64,000 bases of DNA, taken from the NCBI RefSeq assembly GCF_009914755.1, contig NC_060930.1, one strand, 5' to 3'. Shown here piece after piece: positions 25,678 to 40,249 of this stretch. The stretch comes from the human T2T-CHM13v2.0 reference genome, Homo sapiens. The notes below the pieces were generated by a model that did no database searches, was not told the origin of the DNA, and saw only the letters and a program-made list of their open reading frames with translations. The stretch's first letter is position 1. The number at the start of each line of letters is the position of its first letter. A program made the translations under genes and the position numbers.

Positions 25678-26466
25678 AAGTATTTGTGAAATGCCATTCC
25701 CTCTATAGCCCCACACCCAGGGGCAGGTTCCTTCTTGTCTAAATCTACAGGAAATATTGAAAAGAAAGTTGAGGGATTCCATCACAGCTGTGGAAGCAGG
25801 AAAGGGAATGGGGGGTGGGTAATTTGAAAAATATTTACACAAGGCAAACTATGTGGGATTTATAATAGGGAGTAAGAAGGAGGACGGAGTCAAGAGTAAT
25901 TCTCTGAGGTCTTTCTTGGATGATTAGGTAACGAGTAATATCTTCAACTAAGGGAGAGAATCTTGAGAAGCTAGGTTAAGGGAAAAGAGGAGCTTCATTT
26001 GGGGCAGGCAAATTCCCCAAGCAAATTCCAGCAATTGCGACTCCTCAAGCTCACGTTCCTATCATATATAGAGCCTGGTTAAATTGTGCCAGTAGCAGAA
26101 CTTGATTTTTATAAACAATGACAGTAATTGGTATACTAGTTAATAGTCAACATAAATCACTTGAATGATCAGGGTTTATTAACAATAGTAGAGTCACTAC
26201 AACAGGGATAAAGAAAAGGGAATATAAGGGCATAACATTTAGAAGTGTTGTGCAAAAACAAAAATAAGCATAAATGAACAAACAATAGAAGCAAGAGTCT
26301 GAAAGATTTGTTACCTGTTCAGCTATGACTTTGGTCTGAGGCCTCTAGAGCCACAAAATTCATGGATTCATTTCCAGCATGTTTACTTACCATTTGACAT
26401 CAAATGGTAGGCACTGATGCTAACAAAAATTAAGCCAAGTTTTGCGTTCCAGGGAAGTTCAACATT

Positions 26467-26763
<297 letters not shown>

Positions 26764-26799
26764 TAAGAAAACACACGTAGAAAACCTATTGTGTAGGAT

Positions 26800-27008
26800 A
26801 TTCAAAAGGTGGAAACAGCTTCAGTGTCCACCACTGGCTATACAAAATGTGAATATCCTGGATAGAGTTTCTGTTCTGATAGAAAAGTTTTGAAAATAGT
26901 GATGATGGTTATACAACATTGTGAATGTACTTAATGCCACTGAATTGTGCACTTAAAAATGATTAAAATAGCAAATTTTATGTTATACATACTTTAGCAC
27001 AATAAAAA
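26800..27008 (+). mobile_element. L1MB-type 3' UTR end, internally deleted
   Basis: AAAAGGTGGAAACA..GATGATGGTTATACAACATTGTGAATGTACTTAATGCCACTGAATTG..CAATAAAAA. Confidence 0.85.
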
Positions 27009-27646
27009 CAAAAACCCTTCTGTGTAGGTTTTGAGGACACAATCAGGTTGAGTAATCCAGTTTTTCTCTTCCAATAACATAGTCTGATACGTTTTAAAGG
27101 AATAATTCGAAAGAAAAATAGATATGAGCTTATATCCCAATTACTCAGTATGAGACCCAGACAGTATTTCAGAATATAGCAATTTTCAGTTAAATAGATG
27201 CTCGTTAACATTTAGAATAAGGTTTTGGGGTCATCAGCTCATTCTTGATGCAAGAAAAATCTAAATGCATCTTTAGAGATGAGCTCCTCTGGGTCATTTC
27301 TACTTGCTAGATTCATATGCAGTGCCCCAGTTTTAAATTAACAAAAAAAAAATCAAAAACCCTAGAAGATTTCTTAGTAGGAAAAATATGTTTTATAACT
27401 CAAATGAAGCAAAATCCCTAAATCTCTTTTTTTCCCCAGATTTGCAAATGCCATTCTCCTTAAGGCATCAGCTCTAATTTTTTCTGCTTTATTTTTTAAA
27501 ATAAACTTTTAACTTTATAATACTTTTAGGTTTACAGAAAAGTAAGATAACTATAATGCACCCCACGCCCAGTTTCTCCTATTGTTAACATGAGTGTGGT
27601 ACATTTGTCAAAACCAATGAGCCAATATTAATACATTATTAACTAA

Positions 27647-27984
<338 letters not shown>

Positions 27985-28063
27985 AGATACCCGTAGTTTT
28001 TACCTCACGTCTCTTTTCTGTTCCAGGAGCCTATCCAGGATATCACATTAAACTGAGTTATCT

Positions 28064-28394
<331 letters not shown>

Positions 28395-28849
28395 TTATCT
28401 TGTCTCCTTAAGCTCGTCTAGATTGTGACAATTTCTCAGACTTTCCTTATTTTTGATGATGGTGACAGTTTTGAGCAAGCTTGGTCATGTATTTTGTAAA
28501 ATATCTCTCAGTTGGTGTTTCTAGAGTGTTTTCCTCATGATTAGACTGGGGTTATGGGTTTTGAGGAGATCACAGAGGTAAAGTGTCATCCTCACCACAT
28601 CACATCAAGGGTACTTGCTATCAACACGACATCACTGGTGACGTTAACCTTGATCACCTGGCTGGGGTGATGTCTGTCAGCTTTCTCTGTTGTAAAGTTG
28701 CCCTCCGCCCCACCCTTTTCATACTGTATTTTTTGGAAAGGAAGTCACTATGTGGAGCCCATACTTAACAGGGTGGGGAGTTACACCAGAGTCCTTGAGT
28801 GGTGAGTAGAACGTTACAGCACAAAAAATTGCTTTTTGTGCACCCTAAT

Positions 28850-30100
28850 GTATACAAATTTTTGAAAAATCACTTAGGATATTAGGGGATCCCAGAATGG
28901 AGTGCAGGCTATGACAAAACAATCTAAGTGTCTTACAGATGTATAAAATAATTTCCCTGAAGGAGGTGGGAGGAAAGTTGCTGACCTAAACAACTTTAGA
29001 AATGAATGGAGACTACAAGACCAAAGGCAAAATAAACTGTATGTAAGCACTGTATTCTCGTCAATAAAGTTGCATCTCAGGAGTATAGTTTGATTTTGAG
29101 GGCGTTATTCATGTGTACTGGTATTGAGCAAATAAATGAGTGGATGGTGGATGGTGGGAGCCAGGTTTCTCACTGTTGGAGTGGAAGGTGACATACAAAG
29201 ACAGGAAAGAGGCTAGAATGATCCATGTGGTATAGGATTAGAGTTGAGACAACTGTATGCACTCACATTTAGCTTAATATAGATACGAATAATTACATAT
29301 ATAAATACTTATAGATATGTGTACATATAATTATTAGAACACACGTATATATTTCCCTGTTCTGTCAACATTCCAGTAGCAAGAAGATCTTGATTTCTTT
29401 TATTTATTTATTTTTTTGAGATGGAGTCTCGCTCTGTCCCCCAGGCTGGAGTGCAATGGTGTGATCTCGGCTCACTGCAACCTCCACCTCCCGGGTTGAA
29501 GTGATTCCCTGCCTCAGTCTCCCAAGTAGCTGGGATTCAAGGCGCCCACCACCAAGCCCGGCTAATTTTTTGTATTTCTAGTAGAGACAGGGTTTCACCA
29601 TGTTGGCCAGGCTGGTCTCGAACTCCTGACCTCAGGTGATCTGCCTGCCTCAGCCTCCCAAAGTGTTGGGATTACAGGCGTGAGCCACTACACCCGGCCC
29701 CAATCTTGATTTCTAATACCATTCTCCAATGGTTACTTGGAGACATGGCTGATTTTAGGACGGGGAAGGGAATACCTAAGATAAGCCTGCAGCATCTTGT
29801 AGTTCCAGAAGGCAAGGAGGCACTCAAATGAGAGCAAAAAATAAAAAAATTTAAAAAAAATCCACAGTGATGGGAATATGTCAAAAAGACACACGGCTGA
29901 AAAAGTTCCCAATGGCCAAAACTGAAACAATTTAAGCAAATCAATCAATCGATCAACAGTGCGCTGTTGGACTATAACTCAAAGCTTAAGATAAATATCC
30001 ACATGCCCATACTGATGAAAATAAGTGATTAAAGAACTGAACAAATAGGAGAGAGTAGACAAATCCTCAGTGCAGAAGAATTCCAAATGATTTTTGTAAA
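28850..30100 (+). mobile_element. L1MC upstream 3'-UTR segment, inverted relative to 27490-28810
   Basis: GGGGATCCCAGAATGGA..GACAAAACAATCTAA..GCTGACCTAA..GCCAGGTTTCTCACTGTTGGAGTGG..GCAGAAGAATTCCAAAT. Confidence 0.8.
29399..29699 (-). mobile_element. AluS (Sx-like)
   Basis: ATCTTGATTTCT direct repeats flank the element. Confidence 0.95.
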
Positions 30101-30584
30101 CCTAATTTTTATACCTATAATTTTCATTTCAATGTCATAGAAAACTAAGTGAATTACTATGAATACTATATTTGTAGAGGAAAGACTAAGGGATGGTAAG
30201 GCTGCAGAGCATCCTGTAATTAAAATGAGAAAACCGAAAGTCAAACAAAGTCATCAGTGGGCAGATTTTTATATACTTCAGCCTTAGGTTTCCTTGGTAA
30301 TAACCCTATCTGGCAACTACTACTTATTCCTACATAGATCTTAAGAACACAGCTCTCTGGAGTCTCCTCATACCTATTTGAATAACGAGGTGTATGTGTC
30401 CTCATACAAGAGCACATTCACTTCCACCTATGCACACCCTCGAGAAGAGAAAGGAATGGAATATTTTTGTTTTTATTTGTAGCTAAAACAAGATTTCACT
30501 GTTTACTAGTTTCTAAATACCAAAACAATGATGGGATTCTGTCATCTTCCTGGTCACTTACTGCTCATCGCTCACTGTGTGGGG

Positions 30585-30900
30585 AGTGCAATGAGTCAGT
30601 GGCAAATGCTCTGCAGACACGCCCCTTGTTCATCTGAAACGCACAAAGGAGGGGTGGGCTGTGTGACTAAGCCTGTGTGTGGATTCTTACAGTAAGTTAT
30701 GTTTCTGAGAAACAGGCACTAACAATAGCTCATTTAAAAAACAAAACACAACGAAATAAGCACCATTACAATTGGTGAAAAACATGTTTAATCTTTTGCC
30801 TAAGAAAGTTTTGATAGCCCAACATAATTGAAATGGTGGCTATGCATCGTTCCACCCTAGTTACTCTTAACGGCATGTTTTGAGTCACCAAACGTGCGTC
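30585..30900. promoter_or_regulatory. Candidate AP-1/KLF enhancer
   Basis: TGAGTCA at 30592 and 30881, TGACTAA at 30664, CACGCCC at 30618, GGGGTGGG at 30651, ACGTG at 30892, in apparently repeat-free DNA. Confidence 0.35.
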
Positions 30901-31795
30901 CTGCTCAGCCTTGCCCAGGCAACTGTGAACGACAGCCCTTTCCAGAGGACCTCAGAATGACAGGGGCATGTCACAGCACCTTCCTTTCTTCCAAGAAATG
31001 CCAGGTCACAGGGGGTGTTCACTTATTCTCAAGTGACATTCTTGTCCTTAAAATATTTTTTTCCTCCATTATGGTTGTGACAATTGTTAGCATAAATATT
31101 AGCCTGAAAGAAGGACAATTCTTATGAAGCCCAAATTGGGTTTAAGTTATAAGTAACAGTTGTGTTTTTAAAAAATAACTCATCCTCATCATACAACCAG
31201 ATAAAGTAGAAATCAATTGTCATATAAGATATACAAAATTTGGGTATAAATAAAAAGATAACAACTGGATTAAAATGATCCTTTGCCATATTTTACTCTC
31301 TTGGAAGTGAACTCTGAGCATACATATAATGATATGCCTAAAAAGTGTCAATGACACAGCTATTTTCAATGAAATTAAGGAAATAAAAGACCCAAAATGC
31401 TCATACTTAAGATTTGTTAAACCTTATCCCTGGTCAACATTCTATGCAGATCTGAAACTGAAACTATTGCAAAATGATGCAAGACTGTAAGTACTCTCTG
31501 GAGTTTGGGTGCATTATTTTTGTAATTCCTTTTATGTAATGGAACTATTTCTTTTTCCAGGGCCATATAAACACCTGAAGAGAGGACGATGTCAGGTCGA
31601 CAGATTGTGGAATTTAGATTCAGCACCTAAGCTATTTGAGGTTGACACTCACTGAAATCTTGAGTGTTTGCACCTGCTGTGGAATAAGTCATTGTCCTTG
31701 GACACCTTACAAGGTGGAGTTTGTGCACATTTGGGAAGAAGGAGGCGGCTGGCAGAGTGACTTCCTTATCGACCCACTCACCAGCATCTCCATCT

Positions 31796-31811
31796 CCCTC
31801 AGGGGGTGCTG
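31796..31811 (+). promoter_or_regulatory. Candidate CTCF motif
   Basis: CCCTCAGGGGGTGCTG, a partial match to the CTCF core CCASYAGRKGGCRS. Confidence 0.3.
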
Positions 31812-33053
31812 TCCACCCACCGTGTTTTGTTTACATCAGTAGCAAAGACATATGAATCATCTTCCACTTTTTAGCTATGAATGAAGAAGTAACCTCTGAC
31901 ACCCACTAGTGCGACTGGCCCTTACATGCTGGTATATGTCAGACTCTTAGCATCACTCTCATTTCATACTGCTGTTGATGATGTGAATTTTGGAAATATT
32001 CTCCCCTATTGGGTCTTTCTCCATGACAGATGATGTCCTTTGGCTTCGGTTTTTTGCCTAAGAACTGTAAGTGGTGCTTGCTAGCCCTACTAAGAATCCT
32101 GCCATTGTTGCAAATTTCAGAAAAAAGGTAATGCATTTAAGGAACTTTTCCCTTTGTTACAATTATTTTCTTTCTATATTAAGTAGCTTATAATTAGGAT
32201 AAAGAGATTACAGAAACAGGGATGGAGAAGGACGGGTTGAGGGGAGGAGAGAGAGTGCTGGAGAGACAATATCATCACTAGGAAAAGACATGAGTAAAAA
32301 AATAGCGCAAACAAGAATTATGCTCCTCAAAAAAGAGCTTTCTGGTCACCTTGCAAGGATTCTATAAAAGTTACAGGTTACAATCGAAATAAGTAAAATA
32401 TTTAGTTAACAAGGAAATGTGCATCGTGCACATAATTACTGAAAGTTATTACCAGTCACTGTGGTAGGAACTGGGGATTAGAGAGAGAACGGATCTGTAG
32501 TTCTAGCCTCAAGGAGTTACTGTTTAGCATTAGAGGCAAAATGAAAAAGTACTCATTGTTTCTGCCCATGTTTGCAAAAAGGGGACAAGTTATTGGTCCC
32601 CAAAGTAAATGAGATAATGAGAAAAAACTTCAGGGAAAAAACTGAGAATACTATAGCTGATTAACTTACTGTTTAGTTCTCTTAAAAATATCTACCTTCT
32701 TATCATTATAATTCTGGAATGAAAATCAGGAGGACTGCCTAGTACTGCCAATTCTGACAGTGATCTGGTAAGACATTTTCAATTATTTCCTCTGTAAATG
32801 TTTTAATATCAGATTAGAAATGTGTTTCTACTTTCTAATTTGTAACGTAAGACTTCAAAATCTGTTTGAAAACTACTGTAGAAAGTCTGTGTTGAAGGAT
32901 AAAATTCCCCGATATTTTAGAATGGACTCTTTGCATTCAATTAATTTATTAGTTAAAGACAGTGATTAATGCATCCTAAAATATTTAGGGATGTAGTCTT
33001 TTCTAATTATTTCACTATAGCATAGAAGAATTGCTATTAAGAGTTGGCCAACA

Positions 33054-33259
33054 GGCCAGGTGCAATGGCTCATGCCTGTAATCCCAGCACTTTGGGAGGC
33101 TGAGGCTGGATCACTTGAGCCCAGGAGTTTGAGACCAGCTTGGGCAAAATGGCAAAACTCTGTCTCTGCAAAAATACAAAAATCAGTCAGGCATGGTGGC
33201 TTGTGCTTGTAGTCTGAGCTACTCAGAGTTGGGGGCTGAGGTGGGATTCGCCCGGGAGA
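33054..33259 (+). mobile_element. Alu (J-like), 3'-truncated
   Basis: Left arm and the first third of the right arm; no tail. Confidence 0.9.
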
Positions 33260-34086
33260 AACGAATAGAGAGGTCTGGGTATGCAGGGATATAGGGTCAG
33301 GTTACCAAGTTAGCTGAGCACATCGGGTCCCCTGTGGATATTGCCACTTCAAAGAGGCTCAAAAGCTCTGAAATTTTATGAAGAATTTTCTCAGGTTTGG
33401 CAGATACGAAATTGTTGAACACTGTTAGAGAAAAATGGGGAAAAGTAAACTAAGGCCTATCCAAATTATTATTTTGAATTGCGTAGCTCAAGATGATTTG
33501 ACCATCACATTAAATTTGTCCAATTAATTTGTCACATTAAATTTGCCAAATTAAAAGTGTATCATGTAGTGACTGATAGTAAACTAAGTACATGAAATTA
33601 TGGGCATTCAGAAGATTTTTAAAGAACTGATTGGTTTTACTTTGGAACAGTAACAATGCAGTGAGGCATCTTGGGACAAAGATTGGAAGAGGAAGAAAGC
33701 CAGAGAATTGAGCCTGACATTTGGGAGCCACTTTTCCCCTTGAACAACAATAATAATGGCCCTTAGGCTTTCTGCGGAAAGGAGGGTGTTTGCTTAAAAA
33801 ACAAAAAGACAGAGACATATACAGAGACAGAGAAAAAGAAGAAAGGAAAAGCAAAAAGATTCCAGAAATAAAGGGGAAAATACAACCCTTACCATGGAGG
33901 AAAATTACAATTCACTTGGATTAACCATAAGAAGATTAAAAAGTCATATATTGACCAATTTTAATGTTTTCTGGAAGAAGAAACACACCTTTTCACACTG
34001 TGAGCTGTACAGAAGCCGACTCTGTGGTTTTTGGTGTGTAAAAACATATAGTAATAATAATTATACCACTTTACACCTTTATGGTG

Positions 34087-34156
34087 TTTTGGGTTTACAG
34101 ATTCTCCATACAGTTAATCTATTTTGGGTTTACAGATTCTCCATACAGTTAATCTA
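34087..34156. repeat. Perfect 35-bp tandem duplication inside a MIR relic
   Basis: TTTTGGGTTTACAGATTCTCCATACAGTTAATCTA x2 (34087-34121, 34122-34156). Confidence 0.97.
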
Positions 34157-34481
34157 TTTTGATCTTCATACCAAACCTATTCTAAATTGGGGTTTAGAGG
34201 AGGTGTGAGGCTGACAAAAAGATATTCTGCTTTTTGTTCAGGACCTGTGCTCAGGGCTGTGTTCTCATTTTGAGGTTGGATTTTGTACACTCACATTTTC
34301 ATTTATCTCTCTAGTGCTCAAGATATTCACAAACTTTTTCACTGTCAGGGATGCATAAAAGAACAATACTTTATTAGAGCTATATTCTAAGCCAACTGGG
34401 TCGTCGTACCTTAGATTCAAAGTTAGATTATGGCTCAAAATGAATCCTTAGCGTATTTCTGGTGTTCAAAAAGAATAGGTT

Positions 34482-34757
<276 letters not shown>

Positions 34758-34894
34758 TTATTTTATATTTCCTGAATTACATGTAGTTGTAATGCCTTGC
34801 TCAGGATCTTGCCTATAGTGGCAAAGAAATATTGCTTAAAATCGACTCTTGAATTACACTAGCATTCTGTAGGCACCATATCAAACATCTAGGA

Positions 34895-35242
34895 CAGGGG
34901 TCCTCAATCCCCAGGCCGCTGACCGGTACCAGTCTGTGGCCTGTTAGAAACCAAGCCACACAGCAGGAAGTGAGCAGGGGGCAAGCATTACAGCCTGAGC
35001 TCCGCCTCTTATCAGATCAGTGGTAGCATTAGCTTCTCAAAGGAGTGCAAACCCTACTGTGAACTGTGCAGGTGAAGGATCTAGCTTGCGCATTCCTCAC
35101 AAGAATCAATGCCTCATGATCTGAGGTGGAACAGTTTCAACCTGAAATCATCCCCCACATCCCACCCCACCCCAGTCCCATCTGTGGAAAAATTGCCTTC
35201 CATGAAACTGGTCCGTGATGCCAAAAAGGTTGGGGACCACTG
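34895..35242. mobile_element. MER1B (hAT-Charlie), full length
   Basis: CAGGGGTCC...GGGGACCACTG TIRs; 8-bp TSD ATCTAGGA/GTCTAGGA. Confidence 0.93.
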
Positions 35243-35262
35243 GTCTAGGACTTACCCGGTAA

Positions 35263-35653
<391 letters not shown>

Positions 35654-36019
35654 CTCATATTTGGTTTTGCTTATATGTCTTATAAGATTATTTCATAATG
35701 GTTATCTGCTTCTAAATCTGTTAACTTAGTTTTGCTAAATGTAGTTCAAACAAAATTTATCTTTGGATTTTCATTACCTTTTTGGCTTGTCACAATGAAC
35801 AACAGGGATTGATAACAAGAGAAAAACAATCCACCTTATTGCAGCAGCCTGGTTTCTGATCCTAGGCACCATTTACTAAATTAGATAATGGGAAAGAATT
35901 ACTCTTCTCTTTCCCCAAGAGAGTTAGTGAGTGGTAAAAACATTTAGGTGGTGGGTGAGGAGAATGTTTCTTATTGGTAAAAGGAATTTTTAATAGGGAA
36001 AGAGACCAGGTGAGAATAG

Positions 36020-36221
<202 letters not shown>

Positions 36222-36584
36222 AACAAGGTCATTTTTGATAGAAATATTTATGATATCTGAATTTCCTCCATGTTGAAAATCCATATTTATTGTTCTTATT
36301 TTTCTTGTACTTCACTTTCATTGTTCATTAATTACATGGGAAAATAACACTTCTATGCAATGTATAACCATTTTTAACAAATAAGAGTAATAGTGCTGTT
36401 TGCACTACTTTGTGTGACATGTCTAAACAATGTAAACTTTTTGTTGTATAGACTTTAGTTATTGTTCAGTACAATGTCATCTGCTGTGCATGACTGTGTG
36501 TAGTCTCTCTCTAGAAGTGTATAATTTGCTGACTATAATGAATCTCTTTTGATAGCAAAACTTTTCTTTTAAAAATATTAATTA

Positions 36585-36648
36585 TTAGGTTGGTATAAAA
36601 GTAACTGCAGTTTTCCCCATTAACCACAATTGCTTTGTACCAACCTAA
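36585..36648. mobile_element. MADE1 (Hsmar1-derived MITE), internally shortened
   Basis: TA|TTAGGTTGGTA...TACCAACCTAA|TA: TIRs with TA target duplication. Confidence 0.9.
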
Positions 36649-37246
36649 TACCTGGTGGACAGTGGCAAATGGAATGCAGTCACTTCTGCACTGGCATAGG
36701 AGACTGTTTGTCTTATCTTCCCCAGTGAATCTCCTGGCAGAAGTAGTTTCTACTAGGAGAAGAAAAAAAAAATTACAGTAAGACCCCATGGAATGAAAAC
36801 CTGTGGCGCAAGAGCCTCACTAAATGTCCCAAACACAGGAAGCAACCAGCCAATACTGTTGACTTGAATTCCAAATTGATCCAGTGTTCTTTGATTGTAT
36901 TTTGACTAAGTAAAGGCATCTCTCTATATACTTGTCCACTTCGGGATTTATCTGTTGATTTTTGTTTGCTTGTTTTTGGTCTCTAAAGGTTTCAGTTATT
37001 TTATGAGCAGATGCTTTTTCCATTATCTTTCCTCTCTTCTTTGCATTAGCATTCCTAAAACATACACAATCAGTATCTCTTACCAGTTACACTAGAGGTT
37101 GGCTTGCTTAAAAAGCAGTAGTGTTATTTCTTCTAGCCAAGTACCAACTCGTTGCAGTCAGGCTGGAACCCGGCTATTGTCCTGACCTGTGGCTTCAGCT
37201 CTGGGGCAGAGGATGCAATGTGTGCAATGCAATGCACACGTCGATG

Positions 37247-37431
37247 CAATGGTGTGCAGGAGCTGGCCTCCACTACTTCATGAGAGCTGTTTGTGTGTAT
37301 CTCTTTCCAGCTTCACGTTAACCGTAGTGGGAGTATTTATACCATGGAGGTCAGCAAACATCACAGATCAGATCTTTTTTTTCTTTTTCCTCCAGAAAGT
37401 CAGTAGTTAAGCACTTACCAGCACACCACTG
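37247..37431. mobile_element. MER63A-like (hAT-Blackjack)
   Basis: CAATGGTGTGC...GTGGGAGTATTTATACCATGGA...TTACCAGCACACCACTG. Confidence 0.8.
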
Positions 37432-37589
37432 GTTAGATATGAGGTGGAGAGAGAAGTTGAAGAGGGGTGGAAAATGAGATCATGAGCTATTCAAAGGGCC
37501 CATAATAAAACAAAAGAGTGAACCAAAGCAGCTTCATGTTCGTCAGTCCTCATCAACACCAAGAGGTCTCACAGGCTGCTCTTTGCTGG

Positions 37590-37750
37590 AGTCAGTGTAA
37601 AATCGCAGAGGAGCCTGGACTGGGAATTAAAAGACCTGGTTTCTGATCCTCATGCTGCCACTGCATGCCTGTATGATCTGGACTACTCATTTAACTTCTC
37701 CCAGTCTCAGTTTTCTTCTCTGTAGCACAAAAGTATAGAGGTGGGGTGCA
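37590..37750 (+). mobile_element. MIR
   Basis: GGACTGGGAATTAAAAGACCTGG..TTTAACTTCTCCCAGTCTCAGTTTTCTTCTCTGTA. Confidence 0.75.
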
Positions 37751-37759
37751 GCTTAGATC

Positions 37760-38803
<1,044 letters not shown>

Positions 38804-39821
38804 TCCTTGTGGTTTTCATAGTCGATGTCTGCTCTGACAAAAGTTGCCAGCCTTCAAGATAATGCTCTCCTTCTCCCTGCCCAGTGTTGATAGTTACTAG
38901 AATTGGTGGAAAGCAATTCTTGAAGGGCTTAGGGAGTATGAATTTGTAAACCACTTTTATTTCATAAAATTTGAGAAGGCACCGTAAAAAGCTTAGATTT
39001 TGGAGTGGATAAAATAATCTTCTAAATATGAAAAAAAAAAAAAAAAGCCAGCAGAAATAGGTTACTTCATGGGGTTGGAAGAGAAACTAAAGGAAAATAA
39101 ATGACACTGTAAATGTACCTGTCTTTTGAAATCCTAGCTGACATTAAATTCATAGCCATGCAGAGGGTTTTAGATGTGCTTGTCTGAGATAGTGAAGCTT
39201 AATGGACCAAATATGGCTGAAAGATCAGGAAATCTACTTTTAGCCACAAATTATGAAATGGAGATATATAATTATTTTATTGTGATTCTTCAAGCGAATA
39301 CACTTGAAAGATATAAAGCATGGCTTTCTCATGAAGTAATTCTATGATCATGTGCACTTTTTATTTTAAAATTTGTTTTTACCAAATACAGCTATAATAT
39401 AAGCAGCTTATTCCTGGCCAAAAACCCACCTAAGAATATCAATTAGGAATTTGGTTGGCTTCCAAAAATAAAAAAAAATTGACTTATAAGTAAGAAAGGT
39501 TCGTTTTCTCACATTCAGAAAGAGAACCCACATGTTGGGAGCAGCGTTGCAGGATTCTCTGGCCTTTCCCTCACATTGGGAGAGCCACTGCAGCTTCAGA
39601 CCCCATTGCCATGCCCTTCCAGGCAGGAATGAGCCGAGGAAGGTCAGGGCCAGCCACACCTGCCTCTGCATGGGAATAGCAAAGTTGTCTCACTTTGACA
39701 CCTAGCAGGATTCTGCTGACATTTTGGCCAGAATTAAGTCACATGAACTCCTTTAACTAGAGGAGACTTGTAGAATAGATGAGTTTTAAATTTCAAACTA
39801 CATTGCCAGGGCCTTCTACTT

Positions 39822-40249
39822 TCCTTTTTTTTTTTTTTTTTTTCTCTAAGTGACAGGATCTCAGCCAGGTGCAGTGGCTCACGCCTGTGATCGCAGCACT
39901 TTGGGAGGCAGATCACCTGAGGTCAGGAATTCAAGACCAGCCTGACCAACATGGTGAAACCCCGTCTCTACTAAAAATACAAAAACTAGCCGGGCATGGT
40001 GGTGTGCACCTGTAGTCCCAGCTACTCAGGAGGCTGACACACGAGAATCGCTTGAACCTGGGAGGCAGAGGTTGCAGTGAGCCGAGACCACACCACTGCA
40101 CTTGACTGCACTGGAGACTCTGTCTCCAGGCTGGAGTGCATAGGTGCAATCATAACTCACTGCAGAATCAAACTCCTGGGCTCAAGCGATCCTCCCGCCT
40201 TAGTTCCCAAGTAGCTGGGACTACAGGTGCAAGCCACAATGCCTGGCTA
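39822..40249. mobile_element. Nested Alus: sense AluS (39863-40126, tail-less) inside an antisense AluJ right arm
   Basis: T-tract and GACAGGATCTC, then a sense Alu, then CAGGCTGGAGTGCA...GCCTGGCTA resumes the antisense arm. Confidence 0.9.
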
